From: an uncultured Eubacteriaceae bacterium
GTDB lineage: Bacteria > Bacillota > Clostridia > Eubacteriales > UBA1433
Reading direction: 5' to 3'
DNA: 64,000 nucleotides
Assembly: GCA_964533615.1 (NCBI GenBank)
Contig: CAZHMK010000004.1
Coordinates: 138,398-202,397, forward strand
Of this stretch, positions 9,117 to 17,602 are shown piece after piece. The notes below the pieces were generated by a model. It was not told the DNA's origin, made no database searches, and worked only from the letters and a program-made list of their open reading frames with translations. The translations under genes and the position numbers were made by a program. The first letter of the stretch is position 1. The number at the start of each line of letters is the position of its first letter.

Positions 9117-9145
9117 ATTTTATCAACAATTTTTCAGTTGTTCAA
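9117..9145 (-). promoter_or_regulatory. Putative pre-crRNA promoter overlapping the csn2 3' end
   Basis: Minus strand reads TTGAAC-N17-TAAAAT with an extended -10 TG (TGATAAAAT). The -10 ends about 8 nt before the first repeat. The csn2 stop codon (9134-9136) lies inside the spacer. Confidence 0.45.
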
Positions 9146-10000
9146 GTAGTTACAGACGCTTTGTGTTAATAAGTCTTTATTTGCTAAATCACATAAAATG
9201 TATAATTCATCTTTTTGGCGCAGTAATGTATCTATTAATTTCCCATTCAGTATAATTGATAAGTTATTTAGAAAAACAGTATGAAGGCTTTGCGCTTCTT
9301 CCCGAGTTGTTATCCCCAATCGTTTTGAAATCAAACTTATAAGTTCATCAGTCATATAATTTACAATTTCTTTATCAATAATAAGTATGTTGCCTTGTTT
9401 CTCAATCGTAGATTTGCTTGAAAGGATCTCGCATATGATGCATTTTTCTTGTTTCTTTAATTCGTCTATAAGCATATCTGTGTCGATAAACTCATCAATT
9501 TCTTTTGAATAAAATATTATAAACTGCATTTCCTTCATTTTCTTAATAGCGTCAACGATAATATCTACAATTTTACCTATTTTTATTTTGTATGTAATTT
9601 GAGATTTTAATATTTTATCAATGTTGATTTCTGAATTGATGAATCCATAGTGATGAAAATATCTTTCATTCAACACATTTAATTTTTCACTGAGTAATAG
9701 TTCTAACGCATCTTTTTCATCCATTTCTTTTAGAACATATTTCACATATTCTTCAATTAATTTATTCCTTCCGTTTAAAAATTGCATTATATCCGATAGA
9801 TTTGTTAAAGTAATGAAACAAAAGTTTCTTACATTCAAATTATGATTATTTAATAAAACTTTAGATTCGTGTTCACTATACTGACTTGCATAATATAAAT
9901 TTTGCCATAGTTTGAAATAATTCGGCTTATTTAAAATTAAAAGTTTGTTGTAATTCGTGCATATCATTTCATTGCCTTTTATTGATAGAATATTAATCAA
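9134..10000 (-). CDS. csn2: Csn2-like protein (fourth gene of the type II-A adaptation module)
   Basis: 288 aa. Called by position: 4-bp ATGA overlap with cas2, directly followed by the array. Composition is similar to Csn2 (Ile/Leu/Lys-rich). Homology was not verified. Confidence 0.5.
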   Translation of the reverse strand: MINILSIKGNEMICTNYNKLLILNKPNYFKLWQNLYYASQYSEHESKVLLNNHNLNVRNFCFITLTNLSDIMQFLNGRNKLIEEYVKYVLKEMDEKDALELLLSEKLNVLNERYFHHYGFINSEINIDKILKSQITYKIKIGKIVDIIVDAIKKMKEMQFIIFYSKEIDEFIDTDMLIDELKKQEKCIICEILSSKSTIEKQGNILIIDKEIVNYMTDELISLISKRLGITTREEAQSLHTVFLNNLSIILNGKLIDTLLRQKDELYILCDLANKDLLTQSVCNYLNN

Positions 10001-10326
10001 AAAATCACCACGCTTTCTTTTGAAACTTTTTTCTCATGATTGTTTCTGCTACCTGACAAAAAAATCATATTTTCATATTGTTTTTCTGTGATTTTAATTA
10101 CTCGTATTTCACCCGAAGATGGCAAAACTTTTTTGAGCTTTGTTATAAAAGAATTATAGTTTACTTCTTTACCTAAAATTTTGGCATAAATAGAATATTG
10201 TATTCGATAGCAACCTAAAGTTAATAGATTTTTTCTGAATTTATTATATTCTTTCACATCAATATTTTCTGTCATTGGCAAGTCATACATTATTAAAATT
10301 CTCACTTTTTTATAATCACTATCCAT
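9997..10326 (-). CDS. cas2: CRISPR-associated endoribonuclease Cas2
   Basis: 109 aa. The N-terminal ILIMYDL beta-strand carries the conserved Asp. Abuts the cas1 stop. Confidence 0.85.
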   Translation of the reverse strand: MDSDYKKVRILIMYDLPMTENIDVKEYNKFRKNLLTLGCYRIQYSIYAKILGKEVNYNSFITKLKKVLPSSGEIRVIKITEKQYENMIFLSGSRNNHEKKVSKESVVIF

Positions 10327-11229
10327 TTAGTATTTTTCCAAAACAGGATAATAAAAATTACGCAGCTTGCCGCTTTCTATACAGGAAAGAACGTCATTGA
10401 CATATACGGCGACTGAATTCAAGATTGAAAATTGTTTACCGCAGATACTGATCTTGTTGTTTAATATGTCTATTAACTCTTTTTTTAATTCTTTATCTAT
10501 TCTGTAATTCTTTCTATCTTTTTTTGTGAGCAGAATATTATAAACGAAGTAATCCACAATGGGTCTGTATATCTCAATCAAATCATCACTTAAATTAAAA
10601 TAATTGTATTCACTTTTGTGATTCAATCCGAGCTGAGTGTTATACCCTCTGCCGATGATTTCTTTTGTTATCAACGTTCGCACAAGATGATAACTGAAAT
10701 TCAAGCATGCGTTGATGATATCTTCTTCAAAGCGCACAAAACTCTCTCCAAACATCTCTTTGAAATATATCCTCGCTATAGTTCCCTCCCTGTTTGTCTT
10801 GTCTCCCAATGTTATGGTAGAAAAAAGATTGATTATTATATCTAATTTATTTATCTTCTTTAATTTTGAAAGAGTATTGATTTGATTTAATATTTTATAT
10901 GATATTATTTTTGTCCAAACTTCTTCTTTAATTTTATCATCCCAGTTGATTTGATTGAGAAGTCTTTTTGAGCTTCTGACATTGTTTTGCAGAGGTTGCA
11001 TTTCTCCTACCGGAAGATGATTATCTCCCATAACAATTACGCATATGCCGGATTTTGCCAGTTCACTTAGCAATCTGCAGGTAATATTGCAAAACATATC
11101 TTCAATAACGATTATACCTATTTCTTCTAAACTAATGTGATATTTTTGCTCCTGATGAATGACTTGTACATGATTGATATTAAGACTTATTTTTTGTGCA
11201 TCTGTAATATAGATTATTCGCCAGCTCAT
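10327..11229 (-). CDS. cas1: CRISPR-associated endonuclease Cas1 (type II)
   Basis: About 300 aa. Motifs NACLNFSYHLV and GLNHKSEYNYFNLSDDLIEIYRPIVD (catalytic His/Asp region). The ATG at 11229 is preferred over the GTG at 11235. Confidence 0.9.
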   Translation of the reverse strand: MSWRIIYITDAQKISLNINHVQVIHQEQKYHISLEEIGIIVIEDMFCNITCRLLSELAKSGICVIVMGDNHLPVGEMQPLQNNVRSSKRLLNQINWDDKIKEEVWTKIISYKILNQINTLSKLKKINKLDIIINLFSTITLGDKTNREGTIARIYFKEMFGESFVRFEEDIINACLNFSYHLVRTLITKEIIGRGYNTQLGLNHKSEYNYFNLSDDLIEIYRPIVDYFVYNILLTKKDRKNYRIDKELKKELIDILNNKISICGKQFSILNSVAVYVNDVLSCIESGKLRNFYYPVLEKY

Positions 11230-11237
11230 TTTCACCG

Positions 11238-11326
11238 TTAAAAGGAAAGAAGCCCTTTCGGGCTTCTTTGGGTTCAGAATTCACGTACAATAATAAGGAA
11301 CTCTGAAAAATCTGATTAATGTAACG
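11238..11326 (-). ncRNA. tracrRNA: tracrRNA (predicted, about 89 nt)
   Basis: Minus strand: CGUUACAUUAAUCAGAUUUUUCAGAGUUCCUUAUUAUUGUACGUGAAUUCUGAACCCAAAGAAGCCCGAAAGGGCUUCUUUCCUUUUAA. The anti-repeat pairs with the crRNA repeat as 23 bp, an internal loop, then 5 bp. It ends in a 10-bp GAAA-tetraloop terminator plus a U tract. Confidence 0.8.
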
Positions 11327-11331
11327 TTTTT

Positions 11332-11360
11332 ATTGTATAAGTAAAAATTTTTCTTGTCAA
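11332..11360 (-). promoter_or_regulatory. tracrRNA promoter
   Basis: Minus strand reads TTGACA (11360-11355), a 17-nt spacer, then TACAAT (11337-11332). The -35 begins 2 nt after the cas9 stop codon. Confidence 0.6.
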
Positions 11361-11362
11361 GT

Positions 11363-14300
11363 TTATTTTGGTACATTTAGATTATACAGCCCTAAAATAT
11401 CCATATTAATTTTTTTTATTTCTATTGTCTTTTTTTGAGTAATGCTAATACAATTTTTAACTATAATTTTTGCATTATTTTTATGAAAATCACCTACAAA
11501 ACCCTCATGCACTGTGGCATCATTATTTACAAATCTGATATATTCATTATTGAATAAATCCATATAAAAATCCAATTCATTTCTATCAACACCAATAAAT
11601 TCATTATATAATGTTTTATAATACTTGCTGTCTTGGAGCACTTTCTTGGTTTTAAAGTCCACGCACACTTTATAAATGGGCATTATATATAATTTCCCTG
11701 TCTCTTTATGCTTAAATACTCTTGAGCAATATTGTTGAAGACTGTCATACATTAAAAAAGTATTTTCCTTTTTATTGATTGATTTCTTTTCAAGCAAAAA
11801 TGGTGTCGTTACTTTTTTTAAATATCTTAACTTTTTGACAATAGGGCTGCTTGTCTTGTCATCCCTCCTTATTCCGTGAATATTATAATTAAATACCTCT
11901 CCTTCCGCTACATTGTTTTCCAGACAGTATGCCACAAATGGATTTATACCGCCAGATGAATATTTTTCTAAGATATCATGCAACTTGTTATATAGATGCG
12001 GATCGTTTTTCTTGCATAAGAGTTCTTTGGTGTTATCATGAAACACTTTTTTTATATTATCTATTGTTTTTTTTATTTCATTATTATCCGCAGAATTATT
12101 TTCCGATGATGTGTTTACATAAATATTTGGAATTTCACTAATTTTATAATATTGATTGTCTTTTTTGTTTTTGATAACTTTTTGTACATTTGCATCATAC
12201 AACTTACCTTGCGGATTTTTTTTAACCTCCATAGAACATCTAGTATTTTCAAATGAAGCTTCTTTTAGCGAATCTCTGATTTTACTCGGCAGATTAAGCA
12301 TATCGAAAAGCTGATCCCTGTTTTCGCTTACTATATTACTCAGCCAGTATTTGTCGGGATTATTTTGTATTAATGCCATCAATCGGCCAATCGGAAGCAA
12401 GATTATGGAAGCAATAACCCCTGCATCAACGGCATGATGGAAGCCTTTATCCCTATCCTTTTCAACACCATTTCTATTTCTGATAATTGCGGTTAATTTA
12501 CCAGGTATTTTAATTATTTTTAAATCTAATTGTTCTTCATTGTTATTTTCATAAGCTTTTAAAAACAACTTTAATTGATTGGCTAATTCGTTTGTGGCAT
12601 AAGCTGTATCGTTTAGATTTCTGTTTTTAAATCTTTTTTCATATTTTATTAATTCACCGGTAAATAAGAGATAGCCTTTTTTAGCGTTGCTAATATTTTT
12701 ATTTGCTTTGATTCGTTTTTCAAATTCTTCGTATTGATTAATTGAAGTAAGGTAAGCAAGCGGTGTTCTCTGCCCTTTATTATGATTGCAATCATAGCAT
12801 GATATAGTTTTATTCGAAAATGAATCATCACCTGTGATGCTTTTTGGCAAGATATGCTCTATTTCACAATTGTTTAAACTAATGGGGGCATTGCAATATG
12901 CGCATTTAAAATCCATTTCTTTTAATAATAAATACTTATTGATATTGTTATCCGTACAATCATATCCTAAATCAACAAGTTTTTTTCTTGCTTCTTCTCT
13001 GGTTCTGAAATTTTCTAATGTCGCTTTTTCATATTCCTTTTTTTGGTCATTTGATAGTATGTTTGTAGTTGCTTCAATGCAAATATACGCGGGATAACCG
13101 TATTTTCTGAAAAGCTTATTGAGCACGGTTATTGCCTTGCGCAAAGATTTTTTTGTTTGAGGCGATGCTACTAAATCGTCAATAAAATTAGTGGATATAT
13201 ACTTTAATTCACCTGCTTCAATGTTCTGATTTATATAATGTTCAATTTTATATTGTTCTGTGTCAGCATTTATTTCATGCGGGTAAGTTCTTTCAATATA
13301 AGATGAATTTTTGTTATACTGTTTCATTAATGAAAGATATTTCTTTATTGCTTTCTCTGAAAAATTTTGATATTTATTTTCAATCTTTGATTTTATTTCT
13401 TTGGTTTTTAGAATATTTAATAATTCATAGCTTAAATGCGGAAGTTTGGTTTCAAGCATATCAAATCTTGTATTCTCATCAGGTGAAATATTAATAATCT
13501 CAATAGCTGTATTATATACATCAATATTTTCTGTTAATTCCTCGAATAACTGCTCATTATTTATAACTTTTTTTATGCTCCGGTATGTTTTAAAAGTTGA
13601 TATAGATTCAGACCCAACAGTTTTTTCACCAATGATTACATTTACTTTGAATTTTTTTCTTATCAGCGGTTTTATTTGTTTTACTGAGTTTAAAATCTCC
13701 TCTTTTAATTCTTCTATTGCAAAAGTTTTTAATTTATAGGTAGTGTTATCAATTTTTTCAAAATAACTTAGATTTTCATTGTTCATTTCATCAACAGAAA
13801 ATTTTAGGTTTGTTAAGTCATTATAAAAATTAAAGTATTCGGCATAAAAATTACTGCTGTTAACTTTCTTTTCTCCGATATAAATCTTACAGTTGCCTAC
13901 AAGATTTTCATATAAATATTTATTATAATTATTATCAAGTTCATACTTTTCAATATCTTCTTTTACTTTATATCTTCCATACTTTGTAAGTGCGTTTAAA
14001 CGCGGAGCACCTGGTCCTTCCCAAAATTGTCTTTTAGAATCTAATATTTGTATAACATCATTTAAAAAATTGTCAGTTAAAACTTGTGGATAATATCTTT
14101 TTTGATTTCCAAATAAAGTTTTCAATTCCTGTATATAGTCCTTATGCGTTATTGTGTATGCTGCTCCTCTATACTGACCATATGTATTCAGCAACTCCTT
14201 TTGTATTTCGCACGGCATATATCCTTTATCTCTTAGCTCTGTCACAAATTCATTTACTCTTTCCTCATCTCCAAAGGGTATATACCCTCTGTGACGCGCA

Positions 14301-14647
14301 AAATATATAATGATATTGATAATATCCTGCATCTCTAATTTTTCGCCACTTTTTATTGCTCGTATTCTCTTTTCCAATAACTTAGAATCAATTGTGTTTT
14401 CATAATAAATATTATTTGCTTGAAATAATTTATACAGCCTTTCAATGCGATGATTTTTTCTTTTTATCCGTCTTCTGATATTGCGGAAATTTCTTCTATC
14501 CACTGCCTTTTCTGCTTGAGAAAAAAAACTGACTCCGCGATCAATAACTTCTTTTTTCGCTAAATCAATTACGCTCCATCCAATATCTGCAACACCCAAA
14601 TCAATGCCAATGGATATATTTTCATTCTTATTTATTTTTTCTGCCAT
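11363..14647 (-). CDS. cas9: CRISPR-associated endonuclease Cas9, compact type II-A ortholog
   Basis: 1094 aa. RuvC-I IGIDLGVADIGWSV, Arg-rich bridge helix RRNFRNIRRRIKRKNHRIERL, RuvC-II YICIEATT, HNH EIEHILPKS...CNHNKGQRTP, RuvC-III GFHHAVDAGV. All catalytic residues are present. Confidence 0.95.
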   Translation of the reverse strand: MAEKINKNENISIGIDLGVADIGWSVIDLAKKEVIDRGVSFFSQAEKAVDRRNFRNIRRRIKRKNHRIERLYKLFQANNIYYENTIDSKLLEKRIRAIKSGEKLEMQDIINIIIYFARHRGYIPFGDEERVNEFVTELRDKGYMPCEIQKELLNTYGQYRGAAYTITHKDYIQELKTLFGNQKRYYPQVLTDNFLNDVIQILDSKRQFWEGPGAPRLNALTKYGRYKVKEDIEKYELDNNYNKYLYENLVGNCKIYIGEKKVNSSNFYAEYFNFYNDLTNLKFSVDEMNNENLSYFEKIDNTTYKLKTFAIEELKEEILNSVKQIKPLIRKKFKVNVIIGEKTVGSESISTFKTYRSIKKVINNEQLFEELTENIDVYNTAIEIINISPDENTRFDMLETKLPHLSYELLNILKTKEIKSKIENKYQNFSEKAIKKYLSLMKQYNKNSSYIERTYPHEINADTEQYKIEHYINQNIEAGELKYISTNFIDDLVASPQTKKSLRKAITVLNKLFRKYGYPAYICIEATTNILSNDQKKEYEKATLENFRTREEARKKLVDLGYDCTDNNINKYLLLKEMDFKCAYCNAPISLNNCEIEHILPKSITGDDSFSNKTISCYDCNHNKGQRTPLAYLTSINQYEEFEKRIKANKNISNAKKGYLLFTGELIKYEKRFKNRNLNDTAYATNELANQLKLFLKAYENNNEEQLDLKIIKIPGKLTAIIRNRNGVEKDRDKGFHHAVDAGVIASIILLPIGRLMALIQNNPDKYWLSNIVSENRDQLFDMLNLPSKIRDSLKEASFENTRCSMEVKKNPQGKLYDANVQKVIKNKKDNQYYKISEIPNIYVNTSSENNSADNNEIKKTIDNIKKVFHDNTKELLCKKNDPHLYNKLHDILEKYSSGGINPFVAYCLENNVAEGEVFNYNIHGIRRDDKTSSPIVKKLRYLKKVTTPFLLEKKSINKKENTFLMYDSLQQYCSRVFKHKETGKLYIMPIYKVCVDFKTKKVLQDSKYYKTLYNEFIGVDRNELDFYMDLFNNEYIRFVNNDATVHEGFVGDFHKNNAKIIVKNCISITQKKTIEIKKINMDILGLYNLNVPK

Positions 14648-14798
14648 GACAATACCCCTTAATTTTCTATATTATTTTTATACGATCATTTTAATAACAA
14701 TTATAAATACATCATATCACCAATTTAAACAATTACAATTATTTTTCTGCAATAATTCTTCTGTTTTGTCATATTTGGTACAAAAACGGTACACATAT

Positions 14799-14828
14799 AA
14801 AAAAAGAGCCCTTTCGGCTCTTTTTTTT
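14799..14828 (-). terminator. Intrinsic terminator after the Ldh2-family gene (bidirectional in form)
   Basis: AAAAAGAGCC-CTTTC-GGCTCTTTTTTTT hairpin flanked by A and T runs, 28 nt downstream of the 14856 stop. Confidence 0.7.
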
Positions 14829-14855
14829 ACCCTCTTACAATTACTCAAACTCTTT

Positions 14856-15962
14856 TCAGACTGTCTCGGTCTGCTCATAGAGCGCAAAGAAATCATCTAT
14901 TTTTGCGCCCTGCGGCAGCCTGTTGTATTTTATGGCAAGGTTCTTTAAATCATTCTGCACAACCATATCCACGGGCACGATGTTTTCCTCCATGCGCCTT
15001 ACCGTATAGTTGTACTCAATTTCTCCGGGAAGGAATATCTCTTCCACATCCGCTTTTTTCTTTGAACTTTTTATCTTCATATAATAGGCATCGACATCAT
15101 TTTGATACTCTTCAAACGGCCTGAATTTATTGATATCGATAGCGAGCATGAAATATCCCAGCCCTTTTCCGCTTCCGCCCGTTTCCCCGCCTGTCATTAA
15201 CGCCGATATCATCTCAATAGCCACGCTCATGCAGTATCCCTTTACGCCGCCAAGCGGAAGGAGTGTGCCTGTGAGGATTCCTTTTAACGGGTTTCTGTCT
15301 TTAAAACCATCAAAGGGGTCGGTCGTGTCGTTGCCGTTTTCATCTTGTATCCAGCCGACGGGGATTTTTTTGCCCGCACGTATTGCCATTTCGATCTTGC
15401 CTCCGGCTACGGTGCTGCATGCCATGTCATACATGATGGGCGGCGTTTTTTTGCCCGGCGGAAAAGCCCAGCTGTTAGGGCCGTTTCCGATCACAGCTTC
15501 AATGCCACCGGTAGGTGCCATGAGTTGTGTCGAACCTGACGCTGCATAACCGATTAATCCTTCATTTACAGCCATAAGCGAATAGTATCCCGCAATGCCA
15601 AAATGATTGCCGCCTTTTGCCGCGGCAAGGCCAATGCCTGTTTTCTTTGCCATTTCAACGGCTTTTTCCATCACCAGCGGAGCGACTGTGATGCCGCATC
15701 CATAATCACAGTCAAACGCCGCCGTACTCGCCGTCTCATTTGTGATACGCACATTTGGTTTTAGATTGATGAGCCCGTTTGTGATGTCTTTTTCGTACAT
15801 TGCCAGCCTCGGCAATCCATGAGAGGCCACACCCCGTATGTCGGATGCGATGAGCACATCCGCACCGCGTTTTGCCGCCGCCTCGTCCATGCCGAAAGAT
15901 TCAAGCGTATCTCGTGCGATCTTCTTTGCCGTATCGATACTTATAATTTTTTCTCTAGCCAA
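14856..15962 (-). CDS. Ldh2-family (malate/L-lactate/sulfolactate dehydrogenase type 2) oxidoreductase
   Basis: 368 aa. N-terminal ...ASDIRGVASHGLPRL... and overall pattern are typical of the Ldh_2 family. Confidence 0.8.
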   Translation of the reverse strand: MAREKIISIDTAKKIARDTLESFGMDEAAAKRGADVLIASDIRGVASHGLPRLAMYEKDITNGLINLKPNVRITNETASTAAFDCDYGCGITVAPLVMEKAVEMAKKTGIGLAAAKGGNHFGIAGYYSLMAVNEGLIGYAASGSTQLMAPTGGIEAVIGNGPNSWAFPPGKKTPPIMYDMACSTVAGGKIEMAIRAGKKIPVGWIQDENGNDTTDPFDGFKDRNPLKGILTGTLLPLGGVKGYCMSVAIEMISALMTGGETGGSGKGLGYFMLAIDINKFRPFEEYQNDVDAYYMKIKSSKKKADVEEIFLPGEIEYNYTVRRMEENIVPVDMVVQNDLKNLAIKYNRLPQGAKIDDFFALYEQTETV

Positions 15963-16035
15963 GTTTTATCTCCTCCTTTATTTGTTTTTAAGCGCTTTAA
16001 AAGGAGCATACTGCTCCTTTTAAATATACAAGTAA

Positions 16036-16248
16036 TTAAAGAGCTTCCAGTCGTTTTCTGAATTCTTCGACTGTGTCGTCATCGAGCATATCCTGCACAT
16101 ACGGAAGCGCATCCACAAATTTAAATGTTCTGCCCACTTCAAGCAGGGGGTGCTCCAAAACCTGCGGGCATACTTCTTCCAAAATCGCTCGTACTTCCGG
16201 AGTGTCCAGCATTTCGCCGACTGTTGTTTCGAATGAATACTTACTCAT
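16036..16248 (-). CDS. Small acidic hypothetical protein
   Basis: 70 aa. Strong RBS (AAGGAGGA 7 nt upstream). Embedded in the operon between the OFOR gamma subunit and the Ldh2 gene. No family recognised. Confidence 0.5.
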   Translation of the reverse strand: MSKYSFETTVGEMLDTPEVRAILEEVCPQVLEHPLLEVGRTFKFVDALPYVQDMLDDDTVEEFRKRLEAL

Positions 16249-16307
16249 ATTTATCCTCCTTACTATTTAAATAGTTCACCACTATTTAATTTCTTTAAAA
16301 ATATGTA

Positions 16308-16856
16308 TTATTTACTCACGGCTTTTCCGAGCTCGAGACCTTTTTCGAGCGCCGCTTTATTGATCCGCACAATCTCAGGTGATTTTTTGGCAAATTTCTT
16401 TTCTATGCTATGCAAAAACACACTTGGCTCCAATATATTCGTATAGCCTATCAACGTACCGATTAAGATGATGTTGGATATGCGTTTGTCTCCAAGCTCT
16501 ACGGCGATATCGTCCGCAGCAATGCTGATCGTTTTAATATCCGTGCGCTTTACCTCTGAGATTACACGTGAAGAATTGAGTATAAGAATACCCCCTTCTT
16601 CAAGTTCGCCGATAAATTTTTTATATGACTGCTCATTCATCGCAATAAAGATTTTACATTTTTTGGGCAGCGGAGAGATGATCTCTTCATCGCTTATGAT
16701 AACAGTGCATTTTGCGCTGCCTCCCCTTTGCTCAGGGCCGTATGTGGGCATAAATGAAGCATATTTGCCTCCTTCCGTTGCACTCTGCGCAAAAGTGATG
16801 CCTATGCTCATCACACCCTGACCGCCTGAACCTGCTATAATGAGTGTATATTTCAT
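16308..16856 (-). CDS. 2-oxoacid:ferredoxin oxidoreductase, gamma subunit
   Basis: 182 aa. N-terminal IAGSGGQGV motif. 4-bp overlap with the beta subunit. Confidence 0.85.
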   Translation of the reverse strand: MKYTLIIAGSGGQGVMSIGITFAQSATEGGKYASFMPTYGPEQRGGSAKCTVIISDEEIISPLPKKCKIFIAMNEQSYKKFIGELEEGGILILNSSRVISEVKRTDIKTISIAADDIAVELGDKRISNIILIGTLIGYTNILEPSVFLHSIEKKFAKKSPEIVRINKAALEKGLELGKAVSK

Positions 16857-17602
16857 GCCTTGCTCACCTCCACATCCTTAAAGACTTGTAACGGATAATA
16901 TGGAATCGTCATTTGTTCCATATGTTTAAGGCTTCCTATAGGGTTTAGTCCCCAGTTTGTGGGACAGTTGGTAAGCAGCTCCACAAAGGAAAAGCCTTTG
17001 CCTTCCATCTGACATAAAAATGCTTTTTTAATGCCCTGTTTTGCCTTTCTGATATTCTGCGGATTATTCAAAGCATATCTGGCAACAAACACGGGTGCCG
17101 TGAGCTCTTTTATGATCTCGCACATTTTAATGGGATAACCCGCTGTTTCCGGGTCTCTGCCTGTTTTGGATGTTGTTGTCTTTTGATTGACCAGTGTTGT
17201 GGGCGCCATCTGTCCGCCTGTCATGCCATATGTGGAATTATTGGCGAAAATGACCGTAAACTTTTCCCCTCTGTTTGCCGCAGACATGATCTCGGCAAGC
17301 CCTATGGCCGCAAGGTCCCCGTCTCCCTGATATGTAAAGACAAGACTGTCGGGCCTGCTTCGTTTGATTCCCGTTGCCACAGCAGGCGCTCTGCCGTGTG
17401 CCGCCCCAACCATATCTATTTTCCAATACAAAAGCCCCATTGAAGAACACCCTACGGGAAGCACCGTAATAACATTATTCTGCTGATTGAGCTCTTCGAT
17501 CACTTCCGCAATGATTTTTGTGGCTGTGGAATGCAAGCATCCGGGGCAGTATCCGCTTTGCATCGGAACAATACATGTTGGTCTTGAATATGTTTTTTCC
17601 AT
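16853..17602 (-). CDS. 2-oxoacid:ferredoxin oxidoreductase, beta (TPP-binding) subunit
   Basis: 249 aa. CPGC..H N-terminal motif and the GDGD TPP-binding motif (YQGDGDLAAIG). Confidence 0.9.
   Translation of the reverse strand: MEKTYSRPTCIVPMQSGYCPGCLHSTATKIIAEVIEELNQQNNVITVLPVGCSSMGLLYWKIDMVGAAHGRAPAVATGIKRSRPDSLVFTYQGDGDLAAIGLAEIMSAANRGEKFTVIFANNSTYGMTGGQMAPTTLVNQKTTTSKTGRDPETAGYPIKMCEIIKELTAPVFVARYALNNPQNIRKAKQGIKKAFLCQMEGKGFSFVELLTNCPTNWGLNPIGSLKHMEQMTIPYYPLQVFKDVEVSKA

Noticed and set aside
15130-15549. 139-aa and 64-aa plus-strand ORFs inside the Ldh2-family gene
   Set aside because: They are antisense shadows in a relatively GC-rich gene. Pro/Ser/Ala-rich translations are typical of the opposite-strand frame. 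The same applies to the ORFs antisense to the OFOR, PanE-like and CoA-transferase genes (17183-17443, 17238-17450, 18554-18934, 19537-20025, 19979-21094 series).
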